This document shows positions 10,355 to 19,140 of a stretch of 64,000 nucleotides of DNA, in pieces. The DNA comes from an uncultured bacterium (GTDB lineage Bacteria > Krumholzibacteriota > Krumholzibacteriia > LZORAL124-64-63). Each line of letters starts with the position of its first letter. Positions within the stretch are counted from its first letter, which is position 1. The notes under the pieces were generated by a model. The model had not been told where the DNA came from, ran no database searches, and saw nothing but the letters and a program-made list of their open reading frames with translations. The stretch spans positions 224,001-288,000 of the forward strand of contig CAVSZB010000008.1 of NCBI GenBank assembly GCA_963732385.1, written 5' to 3'. The position numbers and the translations under genes are program-made.

Positions 10355-11317
10355 TTACTGCGCCAGCTTGCCCCAGACGGAATCCATGCGCATGCCGCCT
10401 GCCTCGGCCTGGAGGACGTGCTCCCGCGCGGCCTCGGTCTGGCCCTGCTCCGCGTAGGCGATGCCGAGGTAGGCGTGCGCGAGGGCCGCGGAGGGATCGA
10501 TGGCGAGCGCGGAGCGGCACTCGGTGGCGGCGGCGTCGAACTGCCCGAAGCGGCAGAACAACCGGCCGCGGCGGGCGTGCGCGTCGGCGCTGCGCGGGTC
10601 GACCTCGAGGGCGCGACCGTAGACATTGAAGGCCTCCCTGAGCGCCTCCTGCGCCTCGAGCGTTTCGCCGAGCACGACCAGCAGCCCCGCATTGTCCATC
10701 GCGCCGCCCAGGAAGCCACGGCACTCCTGCTCACCCTGCGCCGCGCGCCCCACGCCGATCAGCCCGTACACCAGAGCGCACTGCGTCGACGAGTCGCCCG
10801 GAGACTGGGCGAGCGCTTTCTCGTAGCAATCGAGCGCGCTCTCGGGCCAGCCGATGATGGTGAAGATCGCGCCGAGCTGCAGCTGGCCGCCGGCGATCAC
10901 TGGATCGAGCGCCAGGGCGGCCTGCGTGGCCTCCTCGGCGTTGGCCAGACGGCTCTCCCCCATCCAGGCCGCGCCGAGCAGCACCAGCAGCTGCGCCGAC
11001 GGCGAGGCCTTCGCACGCCCCTCCGTGAGCACCTTCACGGCCGCGGCGGTGTCTCCGGAGCGCAGCGCGGCCAGCCCCACCTGGACATAGCCGGAGGGAT
11101 CCTCGGGACGGGAGGCGATCAGGGCGCGTCCCTCGGCCGTGGTGAGGGTGACGGGCCAGCGGCGGACGGCCGCCTGCCGATCCACGCCGGCGGTCGTGCC
11201 GCCCATGTCCTGCGGCAGTCCCTTGATCGGCGTTGCCAGAGCGGTCACCGGCGTGACCAGGGCCGTCAATATGAGGAGAACGACGGGCCTCTGAAGCTTC
11301 AGGGCAAAATGACGCAT
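10355..11317 (-). CDS. Exported tetratricopeptide-repeat protein
   Basis: N-terminal hydrophobic signal; repeated TPR-like units (ALALDP, ALEVDP, ALAIDP, AHAYLGIAY). Confidence 0.75.
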   Translation of the reverse strand: MRHFALKLQRPVVLLILTALVTPVTALATPIKGLPQDMGGTTAGVDRQAAVRRWPVTLTTAEGRALIASRPEDPSGYVQVGLAALRSGDTAAAVKVLTEGRAKASPSAQLLVLLGAAWMGESRLANAEEATQAALALDPVIAGGQLQLGAIFTIIGWPESALDCYEKALAQSPGDSSTQCALVYGLIGVGRAAQGEQECRGFLGGAMDNAGLLVVLGETLEAQEALREAFNVYGRALEVDPRSADAHARRGRLFCRFGQFDAAATECRSALAIDPSAALAHAYLGIAYAEQGQTEAAREHVLQAEAGGMRMDSVWGKLAQ

Positions 11318-11443
11318 GACTGGATGACCCCCGGGGATGCAGGTTGCATAATGACGCGTGTTCGTTCAGGAAACGCGGTCTCGGGATACGGGCATCAAGA
11401 GCCGTGCCGGGCCACGGTATCGGGGCGGAGAGGGGAAGTGGAC

Positions 11444-12421
11444 ATGACCGGACAGGCGCGGATTCCCGCCGAGCGGCCGTTGCGGATCGGCATCAGCAGT
11501 TGCCTGCTCGGCCAGAAGGTGCGCTACGACGGCGGGCACAAGCAGGACCGCTATCTCACCGACATCCTCGGCCCCTATTGCGAATTCGTGCCGGTCTGCC
11601 CGGAGCTTGAGGCCGGCATGGGCGTGCCGCGCGAAGCCGTACGCCTGGTCGGTGCCGCGGACGCGCCCCTTATGATCGGCGTCCGCTCCGGCGAGGACTG
11701 GACGGAGCGTATGAACCGCCTGGCGGCCAGGCGCGTGGCGCAGCTCGGAAAAATGGACCTGTGCGGATACGTCCTGAAGAAGGACTCACCAAGCTGCGGC
11801 ATGGAGCGCGTGAAGGTGTACGACCCCGACGGCGGCCTGCCCGACCGGTCAGGAATCGGCCTGTTCGCCCGCGCGCTGCTGGCGGGACTGCCCCTGCTGC
11901 CGGTCGAGGAGGAGGGCCGCCTGAACGACGCCCGCCTGCGCGACAACTTCATCGTGCGGGTGTTCGCCGCGCACCGCCTGCAGACCCTGTTCGCCGCCCG
12001 CTGGTCGCGCGACGCCGTGGTGCGTTTCCACGCCGCCCACAAGTACCTGCTCCTGGCCCACAGCCCCCCCCACCACAAGCAGCTCGGCCAGCTCGTCGCC
12101 GCCGTGAAACAGCACGACCCGCCAACGTTCCGCGCCCGCTACGGCGCCCTGTTCATGACCGCCCTGAAGGTGCGCGCCACGACCAAGAAGAACTGCAACG
12201 TCCTGCAGCACCTCGTCGGCCACCTGCGCGAGCACACCTCCGCCGCCGAACGCGAAGACATCCTCACCGTCATCGAGGACTACCGGCAGGAACTGTTCCC
12301 CCTGATCGTCCCGATCACCCTGATCAGACATTACGTGCGCAAGCATAAGGTCACGTACCTCGCCGACCAGGTCTATCTGGCGCCACACCCGAAGGAACTG
12401 ATGCTCCGGAATCACGTCTGA
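11444..12421 (+). CDS. DUF523 (TudS thio-base desulfidase) - DUF1722 fusion protein (YbgA/RudS-like)
   Basis: IGISSCLLGQKVRYDGGHK, CPE, SPSCG (Fe-S Cys), PVEEEGRL, FHAAHKYLLLAH, YLAPHPKELMLRNHV. True start is the ATG at 11444, inside the long track ORF. Confidence 0.9.
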   Translation: MTGQARIPAERPLRIGISSCLLGQKVRYDGGHKQDRYLTDILGPYCEFVPVCPELEAGMGVPREAVRLVGAADAPLMIGVRSGEDWTERMNRLAARRVAQLGKMDLCGYVLKKDSPSCGMERVKVYDPDGGLPDRSGIGLFARALLAGLPLLPVEEEGRLNDARLRDNFIVRVFAAHRLQTLFAARWSRDAVVRFHAAHKYLLLAHSPPHHKQLGQLVAAVKQHDPPTFRARYGALFMTALKVRATTKKNCNVLQHLVGHLREHTSAAEREDILTVIEDYRQELFPLIVPITLIRHYVRKHKVTYLADQVYLAPHPKELMLRNHV

Positions 12422-12565
12422 GCGTTCGGCTGTCAGCCGAATGGGTACGGGTTCGAGTCACTCCGGCAATCCCGGGGCGGTTCAGACGGGGTTTCTGATA
12501 GGGACAGGTCGAAGCGGTTGAGGTGTAATTGAATGTTTAGCATATAGTTAACACAGAACTCGGCC

Positions 12566-12645
12566 ATTATGCAGTGGCGGTGCATTTTCGACGAAAACTC
12601 TGGACTGCAGGCCGCTTAGCGTCTATTATGCAATAACATTGCGTA
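12566..12645. promoter_or_regulatory. Two copies of an imperfect palindrome ATTATGCA-N7-TGC(A/G)T upstream of the AAA-DUF4143 gene
   Basis: 12566-12585 ATTATGCAgtggcggTGCAT and 12625-12644 ATTATGCAataacatTGCGT in an AT-rich intergenic stretch. Confidence 0.5.
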
Positions 12646-12664
12646 TTGGACGAAAGGACGTGCC

Positions 12665-13888
12665 ATGTACATTCGCCGCACCCTGGAACCTCACTTCCGC
12701 GAGTCTGTCGGCCACTTCCCGGTGATGCTCGTCACCGGAGCCCGGCAGGTGGGCAAGACAACGTTTCTCCGGGAGATCGCCGGTGAAGAGCGGACGTACA
12801 TCAGCCTCGATGATCCCCGCATCGTCGAATTGGCGCGAAATGACCCGGCCCAGTTCATGCAGCGGTATCCGGGACCCGTCATCATCGACGAGATCCAGTA
12901 TGCTCCCGGCTTGCTGCCGTACATCAAGCTGGCCGTGGATGACGAAAGAAGGCCTGGGCGCTTCTGGCTCACCGGGTCGCAGCAATTCCATCTCATGCGC
13001 GATGTGGCCGAGTCGCTGGCGGGGCGCGTCGGCATCATGCACCTGCTTGGGCTCTCGCGCCGCGAACAGGACGGGTCCGCCGACGGCCACGGACCGTTCT
13101 TGCCGACACCGGATGCTCTGGCGTTGCGTCTTGCGGATGCGACGCCGCTCCCGCTGCCGGAACTCTACCGGCGCATCTGGCGCGGTGCTTACCCGGCGCT
13201 GACCCGCGATCCTGGGCTTGACCGGGACCTCTATTTCAGTTCGTACGTGCAGACCTACCTGCAACGGGATGTGCGCGATCTGGCCCACGTGGGCAACCAG
13301 ACGACATTCTTGCGCTTCGTGCGGGCCTGTGCGGCACGCACGGCCCAGCTCCTGAACGTGGCCGATCTGGCTCGCGATGCAGACGTGGCGCCCAACACGG
13401 CCAAGCACTGGCTGTCGGTGCTTGAGGCCTCGGGCATCGTGTACCTGCTGCAGCCCTACCACACGAACGTCACCAAGCGTCTGGTCAAGGCGCCCAAGCT
13501 CTACTTCCTGGACACGGGCCTTTGTTCCTGGCTCACCGGCTGGACCAGTCCGGAAGCGTTGGAAGCCGGTGCGGCGTCGGGGGCGATGCTCGAAACCTGG
13601 ATCCTGGTCGAGATTCTCAAGTCGTGGTGCCACCGGGGCAAGTCGGCGCCATTTTACTTCTATCGCGACAAGGACAAGAAGGAGATCGACCTTCTGATCG
13701 TTCAGGATGAGGTCATCCATCCCCTCGAATTCAAGAAGTCGGCTTCGCCCGGGCGCGACAGCGTGCGGCACTTCGGCACCCTGGCGCGGCTGGACCGCCC
13801 GATCGGGCCAGGTGGTGTGATCTGCTTGGCCGAGTCGTCGTTGCCGCTCGCCGGAGACACCGTGACGATACCCGTGGGGGCCGTGTGA
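12665..13888 (+). CDS. AAA+ ATPase with DUF4143 C-terminal region (COG1373-type)
   Basis: Walker A TGARQVGKTT, Walker B IIDEIQ, LTGS, YLQRDV, KAPKLYFLDTGL, restriction-endonuclease-like EIDLLI...PLEFK. Confidence 0.92.
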   Translation: MYIRRTLEPHFRESVGHFPVMLVTGARQVGKTTFLREIAGEERTYISLDDPRIVELARNDPAQFMQRYPGPVIIDEIQYAPGLLPYIKLAVDDERRPGRFWLTGSQQFHLMRDVAESLAGRVGIMHLLGLSRREQDGSADGHGPFLPTPDALALRLADATPLPLPELYRRIWRGAYPALTRDPGLDRDLYFSSYVQTYLQRDVRDLAHVGNQTTFLRFVRACAARTAQLLNVADLARDADVAPNTAKHWLSVLEASGIVYLLQPYHTNVTKRLVKAPKLYFLDTGLCSWLTGWTSPEALEAGAASGAMLETWILVEILKSWCHRGKSAPFYFYRDKDKKEIDLLIVQDEVIHPLEFKKSASPGRDSVRHFGTLARLDRPIGPGGVICLAESSLPLAGDTVTIPVGAV

Positions 13889-14144
13889 CCGGGTTCGAGG
13901 AGGGTGGCGTCTGGGGACCCAAAATCTCTCGATTCCGCTTCTTCGTGTCAAACGGCAGGCCCCTTTTGTTTCCATTGGATAACAGCCGCGGACCTGGCCT
14001 GGTGGTCGAATGCCTCGCGGTGGCGCGTGTCCCGTGTGCCCGATGCGGGCGTGCCGGCGGCGCTTAAGCGCGCCCCGCGACTGCCGATAGGGGCCTGAGG
14101 AGTTCCCCTGTCGCGCTCGAACCGCGAGGACGGATCCTGTCGGT

Positions 14145-15326
14145 ATGGAAACCTGGACTCACACTTTCATTTTCGTCGCGCTCTTCTGCGCGCTGGTGGA
14201 TTTCCTCAAAATTGTGATCGAGCTGTTGGGACGCGGACCGGAGCGCGAATTCAGTTCCGACCCCACCCTGGTCACGGCGGTGATTCCCAGCCACAACGGT
14301 GCCTCCGTGCTTCCGAATACGATCTCGGACCTCAAGCGGCTCCTGCCGGCGGAGCGGATCCTGGTCATGGACGATGGCAGCAGCGACGGCACTGCCGAGG
14401 TGGCCGGAGCGCTCGGCGCGCAGGTCCACCGGTTCGACCAGGGGAAGGGCAAGGTTGCCGCCATCAACTTCGGCATCTTCCGCGTGCAGACGCCGCTGAC
14501 GCTGTTGCTCGACGACGACACGCGGATGGGCGGCGCCCGCCTGCCGACTTCGCTGCTGTCGGAAGATGGCTACGACGCGGTCGCCTTCCATGTCCTGCCC
14601 GACCGACGCGCGCGGGACGGCGCGCACGGCAACAACCTGCTCGGTCACATCCAGCGCTACGAGTACGGCAAAAGCATGGCGATCGGGAAGCGCTTCCACG
14701 ACGCGACGAAATCGGTGAGCTGCGTCTCGGGCGCGGTCGGCCTGTTCCGCACCGAGGATTTGAACCGCTACCACCACGAGCACAGCGGGGTCTTCCAGGG
14801 CGAGGATCTGCAGCGCACGATCATCCGTCTGTTGCATAGCGGCCGCATCGTCTTCGCGAACGAGCCCGCCTGGACCGTGGCGCCATCCACGCTCAGGCAG
14901 TGGTTCGCGCAACGCCTGACGGGCTGGTATCCCGGTCTCTATCATCAGCTCGGGAACTTCTGCCGGCTGCTCGCGCGGCCCGGCGTGTCGTGGCGATTGC
15001 GCTATGAGATGCTCTACAACCTCTACACCACGGTCAGCGACCCGCTGAAAATCTGGTCGCTGTTCGTGATCCTCGCCACGCCAGCGCTGCGCTGGTGGGC
15101 GCCGGCGCTCTACCTGCTCTACCTGCTCTTCGAGCTGTACCCGTACCTCGTGGTGCGGCTGCCGGGCAGCCAGCGGCGCGCGCCTCTGAGCGTGTGGCTG
15201 CTGTATCCGCTGTACGGCGCCCTCAACACCGTGCTGCGTTCCATCGCATTCTTCACCTGGTTCTGGTTCCGCTTCGTCACCAGAAGCATGCGCCCCCGGC
15301 GGGGGCCCAAGGATCGGATCCCATGA
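14145..15326 (+). CDS. Membrane GT2 glycosyltransferase, processive-synthase (PgaC/NodC/HAS)-like
   Basis: N-terminal TM, MDDGSSDGT, GKVAAIN, LLDDDT, QRYEY, SCVSGAVG, GED, QRLTGW (variant QxxRW) and C-terminal TMs. Confidence 0.85.
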   Translation: METWTHTFIFVALFCALVDFLKIVIELLGRGPEREFSSDPTLVTAVIPSHNGASVLPNTISDLKRLLPAERILVMDDGSSDGTAEVAGALGAQVHRFDQGKGKVAAINFGIFRVQTPLTLLLDDDTRMGGARLPTSLLSEDGYDAVAFHVLPDRRARDGAHGNNLLGHIQRYEYGKSMAIGKRFHDATKSVSCVSGAVGLFRTEDLNRYHHEHSGVFQGEDLQRTIIRLLHSGRIVFANEPAWTVAPSTLRQWFAQRLTGWYPGLYHQLGNFCRLLARPGVSWRLRYEMLYNLYTTVSDPLKIWSLFVILATPALRWWAPALYLLYLLFELYPYLVVRLPGSQRRAPLSVWLLYPLYGALNTVLRSIAFFTWFWFRFVTRSMRPRRGPKDRIP

Positions 15327-16030
15327 GGCGAACGGCGCGCATCCTGATCGGACTGTTGGGCCTGGCCGGCCTCGCTGGCGTAGCGGCGCCCGGGCGCGCC
15401 ATGGCGGCGCCCAGCCGCGTGGGCGCACAGTTCCGCTACTGGGATTTCAGCAACGGCAACGACATGCGGGATCCGCTCGCGTACTGGGCCTCGCCGCGGC
15501 TTCACGTGCAGCTCGAGCTGTGGGATTTCGAGGAAGGCGTCACGCAGTTCCGTCCGGAGGTCGGCTGGCATCCGCGGGATGCCCGGGGCTCGGTCTACAC
15601 GCTGCAGTGGCGGCACGAGTACCGGCAGGAGCGGTTCACCTTCGCGACCGACCAGATCCTCGGCCGCAGCGTCGTCGGCCGGGCCGAGGTGAGCCCCCTC
15701 GTCGGAGACGGCGACATCTTGTGGGTGTTCGCCGCGGGCGCGGACTACTACTGGGGCTCCTACAATTTTGCCCAGGCCACGCTGATCCACGATCCGCGCA
15801 GCGGCGGCCTGTGGACCCTGCCGCTGCGCGTGCGGCTGGCCACGGAGACGAACGACTGGCTCCAGCTGACGATCGCCCCGGCCAGCCAGCGCACGATCGG
15901 CTGGGCCGCGGATGCGAAGTGGCATTGGCTGCGCGCCGGAGTGGAGCGCAACAACCGCTTCGACTTCACGACGCTCGACAACGTCATCTTCACTCTGGGT
16001 TTCGAACTCGAGCTCCCGCCGGCCGAGTGA
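15323..16030 (+). CDS. Hypothetical exported protein, probable outer-membrane beta-barrel
   Basis: ATGA overlap with the GT2 stop; signal peptide ending AMA; aromatic-rich alternating beta-strand pattern. Confidence 0.65.
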   Translation: MRRTARILIGLLGLAGLAGVAAPGRAMAAPSRVGAQFRYWDFSNGNDMRDPLAYWASPRLHVQLELWDFEEGVTQFRPEVGWHPRDARGSVYTLQWRHEYRQERFTFATDQILGRSVVGRAEVSPLVGDGDILWVFAAGADYYWGSYNFAQATLIHDPRSGGLWTLPLRVRLATETNDWLQLTIAPASQRTIGWAADAKWHWLRAGVERNNRFDFTTLDNVIFTLGFELELPPAE

Positions 16031-16240
16031 GCAGGGTGACACCGGCCCGATCCCGGATCTTCATCGTCTTTGTTTGCGGATTTCCCCGCTCTCCTGGGGT
16101 GGGGGAATGGTATGATCGCAACCACGCTCATTGAAAGGTCACGGCGGCGAAGCGGACGGGGTTCCTGGGGGGGAGAGGAACCATCAGCCAGCGATTCCGC
16201 CGAGTCCGGTCCGAATCATCACAGGCAAAGGGGGAAACCA

Positions 16241-17917
16241 ATGATCAGATTCAGACCCGCACGGGTCCTGCTTCGCGGGGCGGCCTTCCCGGTCCTGATA
16301 TGTGCGGCTGCCGCCTGGTTGTTTTCCCCGCTCACGAACGCCCGGGCCGGCATCGACGACAACTTCGAATGGAAGAACGGCAAGCGGGTCCTCTACATCA
16401 AGATCGCGGACGAGAACGCGACCCTTGGCGGGGTGAACATCAAGACCGTCATGGATGCGGCCATCTCCAACTGGAACAACATTTCACCGCCTACCGGCTG
16501 GACCCTGCGGTACCACCTGCCCGGGGAGAACGAGGACATCAAGGTGTCGGTCGGCACCATCACCGACTCCTCCGGGGCACAGAGCAAGTCTGGCGGCGCC
16601 TGCGTGAGCGGGTTCACCGGCAAGAATGTCGAGGGGCTGAAGCTCGAGTTCGATCCCAAGCCGAAGGAGGGGTATCGCTGGGGGCAGACCGGGAGCGACA
16701 AGCTCGATCCGGTGGTGGTGGCCAAGCACGAGCTGAGCCATTGCATGCGCCTCGATCACGAGGGGGGGGTGGACACGGGAAATCTGGCCGATCCCGTGAC
16801 GCCTGGAAACCACAACCACACCCCGTCCGAGCGGGACAAGAAGCACGTGAGCAAGGCGGCGGCGATCGCGCAGAAGGCTGTCGTCGCCCTGGTCCAGCCC
16901 GGCCTGCCGGCGGCCCTGACGCTGCTCGACTGGTCGCACTGCGAGAACGAGATAGACGAGTATCCCTTCCTCGCTCTGGTGAACATGGAAACCCGGCTGC
17001 TGCTCGGTCCTGACGCCGTCGTGCAGCCGGGGGAAATCCAGATGACCCTCGCCGCCGGTGCGAACGTGCCGCCACCCTGGCCGATGCCGGGTTTGCACGA
17101 GCGGTTCGTTCGTGGTCTCTGGGCGGTCACGCCCGACAGTGTTCAGAGCGGTCCCGGGCTGATGGAGGTGCAGATCCCGTACTTCGACGGGGTGACCGAC
17201 ATGGATCCCTGCCTGCCGGAGGAGCTGCTCGACCTTGCCAATCCGCAGTGGGGCCGGATCGTCGATGAAATGACGCTCTATCCCGTCATCTGGAACCCTG
17301 TTCTGGAGGAGTGGACCGACCTGAGGGGGGTGGCTCAGGGGTTCGCCGTCGATCCCGGTCAGAACCTGGTCCACTTCGCGCTGCCCGTCAATCTGCTGAC
17401 CGCCTTCCCCGACGGTGATGGCCACTTTGTCACCTGCCTCGGCGTCGGCGGGCCGTTCGAATACCCTGACTGCAATGGCAATGGCATCGACGACGGGGAA
17501 GAGCTGGGACAAAACTACGAGTTCGACTGCAACGAGAACTGGACCCTGGATGCGTGTGATATCGCCTCCGGCTATTCGCTGGACCTGAACCTGAACGGGA
17601 TCCCGGACGAGTGCGAAACGACCGGCGTGCCCGAGCGGATCGGTCCGCGACTGCTGGGCGCCTACCCGAACCCGTTCAACCCCCGCACCACGATCCGCTT
17701 CGAACTCCCGGACGCCGGACCGGTACGGCTGGCGATCTACGATGTCCTCGGGGGATTGATCCGGACTCTCGTAGACAAGGAGTTGCCCGCGGGCAGCCAC
17801 GAAGCGGTCTGGGACGGAAAAGATTTGTCAGGCCGGGCAATTTCCTCGGGGAGTTACCTGGCCAGGCTGGAAGCAGGGGGGAAAGTAGAGGGGGTCCGCC
17901 TCAGCCTCGTGCGGTAG
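16241..17917 (+). CDS. Secreted metzincin/matrixin-like zinc protease with Ca-binding DCNxN repeats and FlgD-Ig C-terminal domain
   Basis: Signal peptide; AAISNWN; HELSHCMRLDH; DCNGNGIDD/DCNENWTLD/DLNLNGIPDECE; YPNPFNPRT...WDGKD...SGSYLARL. Upstream TG-G-TATGAT extended -10 at 16108-16116. Confidence 0.75.
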   Translation: MIRFRPARVLLRGAAFPVLICAAAAWLFSPLTNARAGIDDNFEWKNGKRVLYIKIADENATLGGVNIKTVMDAAISNWNNISPPTGWTLRYHLPGENEDIKVSVGTITDSSGAQSKSGGACVSGFTGKNVEGLKLEFDPKPKEGYRWGQTGSDKLDPVVVAKHELSHCMRLDHEGGVDTGNLADPVTPGNHNHTPSERDKKHVSKAAAIAQKAVVALVQPGLPAALTLLDWSHCENEIDEYPFLALVNMETRLLLGPDAVVQPGEIQMTLAAGANVPPPWPMPGLHERFVRGLWAVTPDSVQSGPGLMEVQIPYFDGVTDMDPCLPEELLDLANPQWGRIVDEMTLYPVIWNPVLEEWTDLRGVAQGFAVDPGQNLVHFALPVNLLTAFPDGDGHFVTCLGVGGPFEYPDCNGNGIDDGEELGQNYEFDCNENWTLDACDIASGYSLDLNLNGIPDECETTGVPERIGPRLLGAYPNPFNPRTTIRFELPDAGPVRLAIYDVLGGLIRTLVDKELPAGSHEAVWDGKDLSGRAISSGSYLARLEAGGKVEGVRLSLVR

Positions 17918-17929
17918 CGGCGGCATGTT

Positions 17930-17968
17930 CCGGGACCCCGGGGAGGGCAACTCCCCGGGGTTTCCCGG
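17930..17968 (+). terminator. Strong stem-loop after the protease gene (possible terminator)
   Basis: ACCCCGGGGAG-ggcaa-CTCCCCGGGGT with only a short T run. Confidence 0.5.
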
Positions 17969-18113
17969 CGCCAGCATCAGGGTCAGATCCACGCTGCGTC
18001 TTGGCTTCGTCCGCACCAGGTGCTAGAATGCGCGCCGGCCTGACCGGAAACGTGGGATCGACCCGGCGACGCCTGGCCAAGCCGGGTCCATAGCTGCCGA
18101 AGGAGAGAACGCA

Positions 18114-19067
18114 ATGCTGAACAAGATCGGACTGGTGGGCGGGGGGCAGATCGGCGGGGTGTTGGCGGCGGAGATCGCGCGGCGGCGGCTGGCGCGTCAG
18201 GTCGGCCTCGTCGACGTCAAGGGGCCCGACGTGGCGAAGGGGAAGTGTCTCGACATCGCCGAGGGATTGCCGGCGATCGGGATCGACGTCGATTTCGAGG
18301 GAGGCAAGGATTACTCGGTGCTCAAGGGCGCCGAATTCGTCATCAACACGGCCGGCGTGCCGCGCACGGTGCGGCCGGACGGCACCTTCCCGAGCCGGGA
18401 GGAGCTGCTCGCCACGAACCTGACGATCACCGACGCGGTGGCGACCGGCGTGAAGAAATACTGCCCGAAGGCGTTCATCATCTCGGTCGCCAATCCGCTC
18501 GACGCGATCGTGTACCGGCTCTACAAGCAGCTGGGCGTGCCCAAGAACCGGATTCTCGGCATGGCCGGCGTGCTCGATTCGTCCCGCTACCGCTACTTCG
18601 TGGCGAAGGCGGCCGGCGTGTCAGTGGAGAATGTCGAGGCCGTGGTGCTCGGCGGACACGGCGACGACATGGTGCCGGTGCGTTCCTGCTGCCGCATCGC
18701 CGGCATGCCGGTCGAGGATTTCCTCGACGCGGCGACGCTCGACGCGATCGAGGCGCGCACGCGCAAGGCGGGCGGCGAGGTCGTCGGGCTGCTCGGCAGC
18801 GGGTCGGCGTTCGTCAGCCCGGCCTGGTCCGCGCTCGAGATGCTCGAGGCGATCGCCTATGACAAGAAGAAGATCCTGGCCGTCTGCACGCTGCTCGAAG
18901 GGGAGTACGGGGTGGACGGGCTGTTCGTCGGGGTGCCGGCGATCCTCGGCCGAGGCGGCGTGGAGAAGATCGTGCAGATCAAACTGACCTCCGCCGAGAC
19001 GACCGCCCTGCAGAAGTCGGTGGCGGCGGTCCGCAAGACCTGCGCCGAAGTGGACGCCTTCAAGTAG
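18114..19067 (+). CDS. mdh: Malate dehydrogenase (LDH-like)
   Basis: GGGQIG, TAGVPR, SREELL, VANPLDA, MAGVLDSSR, VLGGHGDDMVP, GSAF; AAGGAG RBS; TG-C-TAGAAT extended -10 at 18021-18029. Confidence 0.93.
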   Translation: MLNKIGLVGGGQIGGVLAAEIARRRLARQVGLVDVKGPDVAKGKCLDIAEGLPAIGIDVDFEGGKDYSVLKGAEFVINTAGVPRTVRPDGTFPSREELLATNLTITDAVATGVKKYCPKAFIISVANPLDAIVYRLYKQLGVPKNRILGMAGVLDSSRYRYFVAKAAGVSVENVEAVVLGGHGDDMVPVRSCCRIAGMPVEDFLDAATLDAIEARTRKAGGEVVGLLGSGSAFVSPAWSALEMLEAIAYDKKKILAVCTLLEGEYGVDGLFVGVPAILGRGGVEKIVQIKLTSAETTALQKSVAAVRKTCAEVDAFK

Positions 19068-19140
19068 CGCGTCGCACAGCCTGATGGCCTGACCGCGCCC
19101 TCGCCGCATCGGCGGCGGGGGCGCGGTTGCGTTGGGCTGC

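Noticed and set aside
10217..11443. Long N-terminal extension of the DUF523-DUF1722 ORF in the track (similarly the extensions on ygeY, mtfA, xdh Mo subunit, patatin, HDOD, arsC)
   Set aside because: The extensions overlap other real genes, and recognisable homology begins at internal starts, so they are not true fusions.
12425..12441. Perfect palindrome TTCGGCTG-T-CAGCCGAA right after the DUF523 stop
   Set aside because: Single copy with a 1-nt loop and no U-tract; cannot be assigned as terminator or operator.
12449..12459. GGGTTCGAGTC resembling a tRNA T-loop at the edge of the low-GC islet
   Set aside because: The T-stem does not pair fully, and there is no acceptor, D or anticodon arm, no CCA, and no integrase or duplicate att copy.
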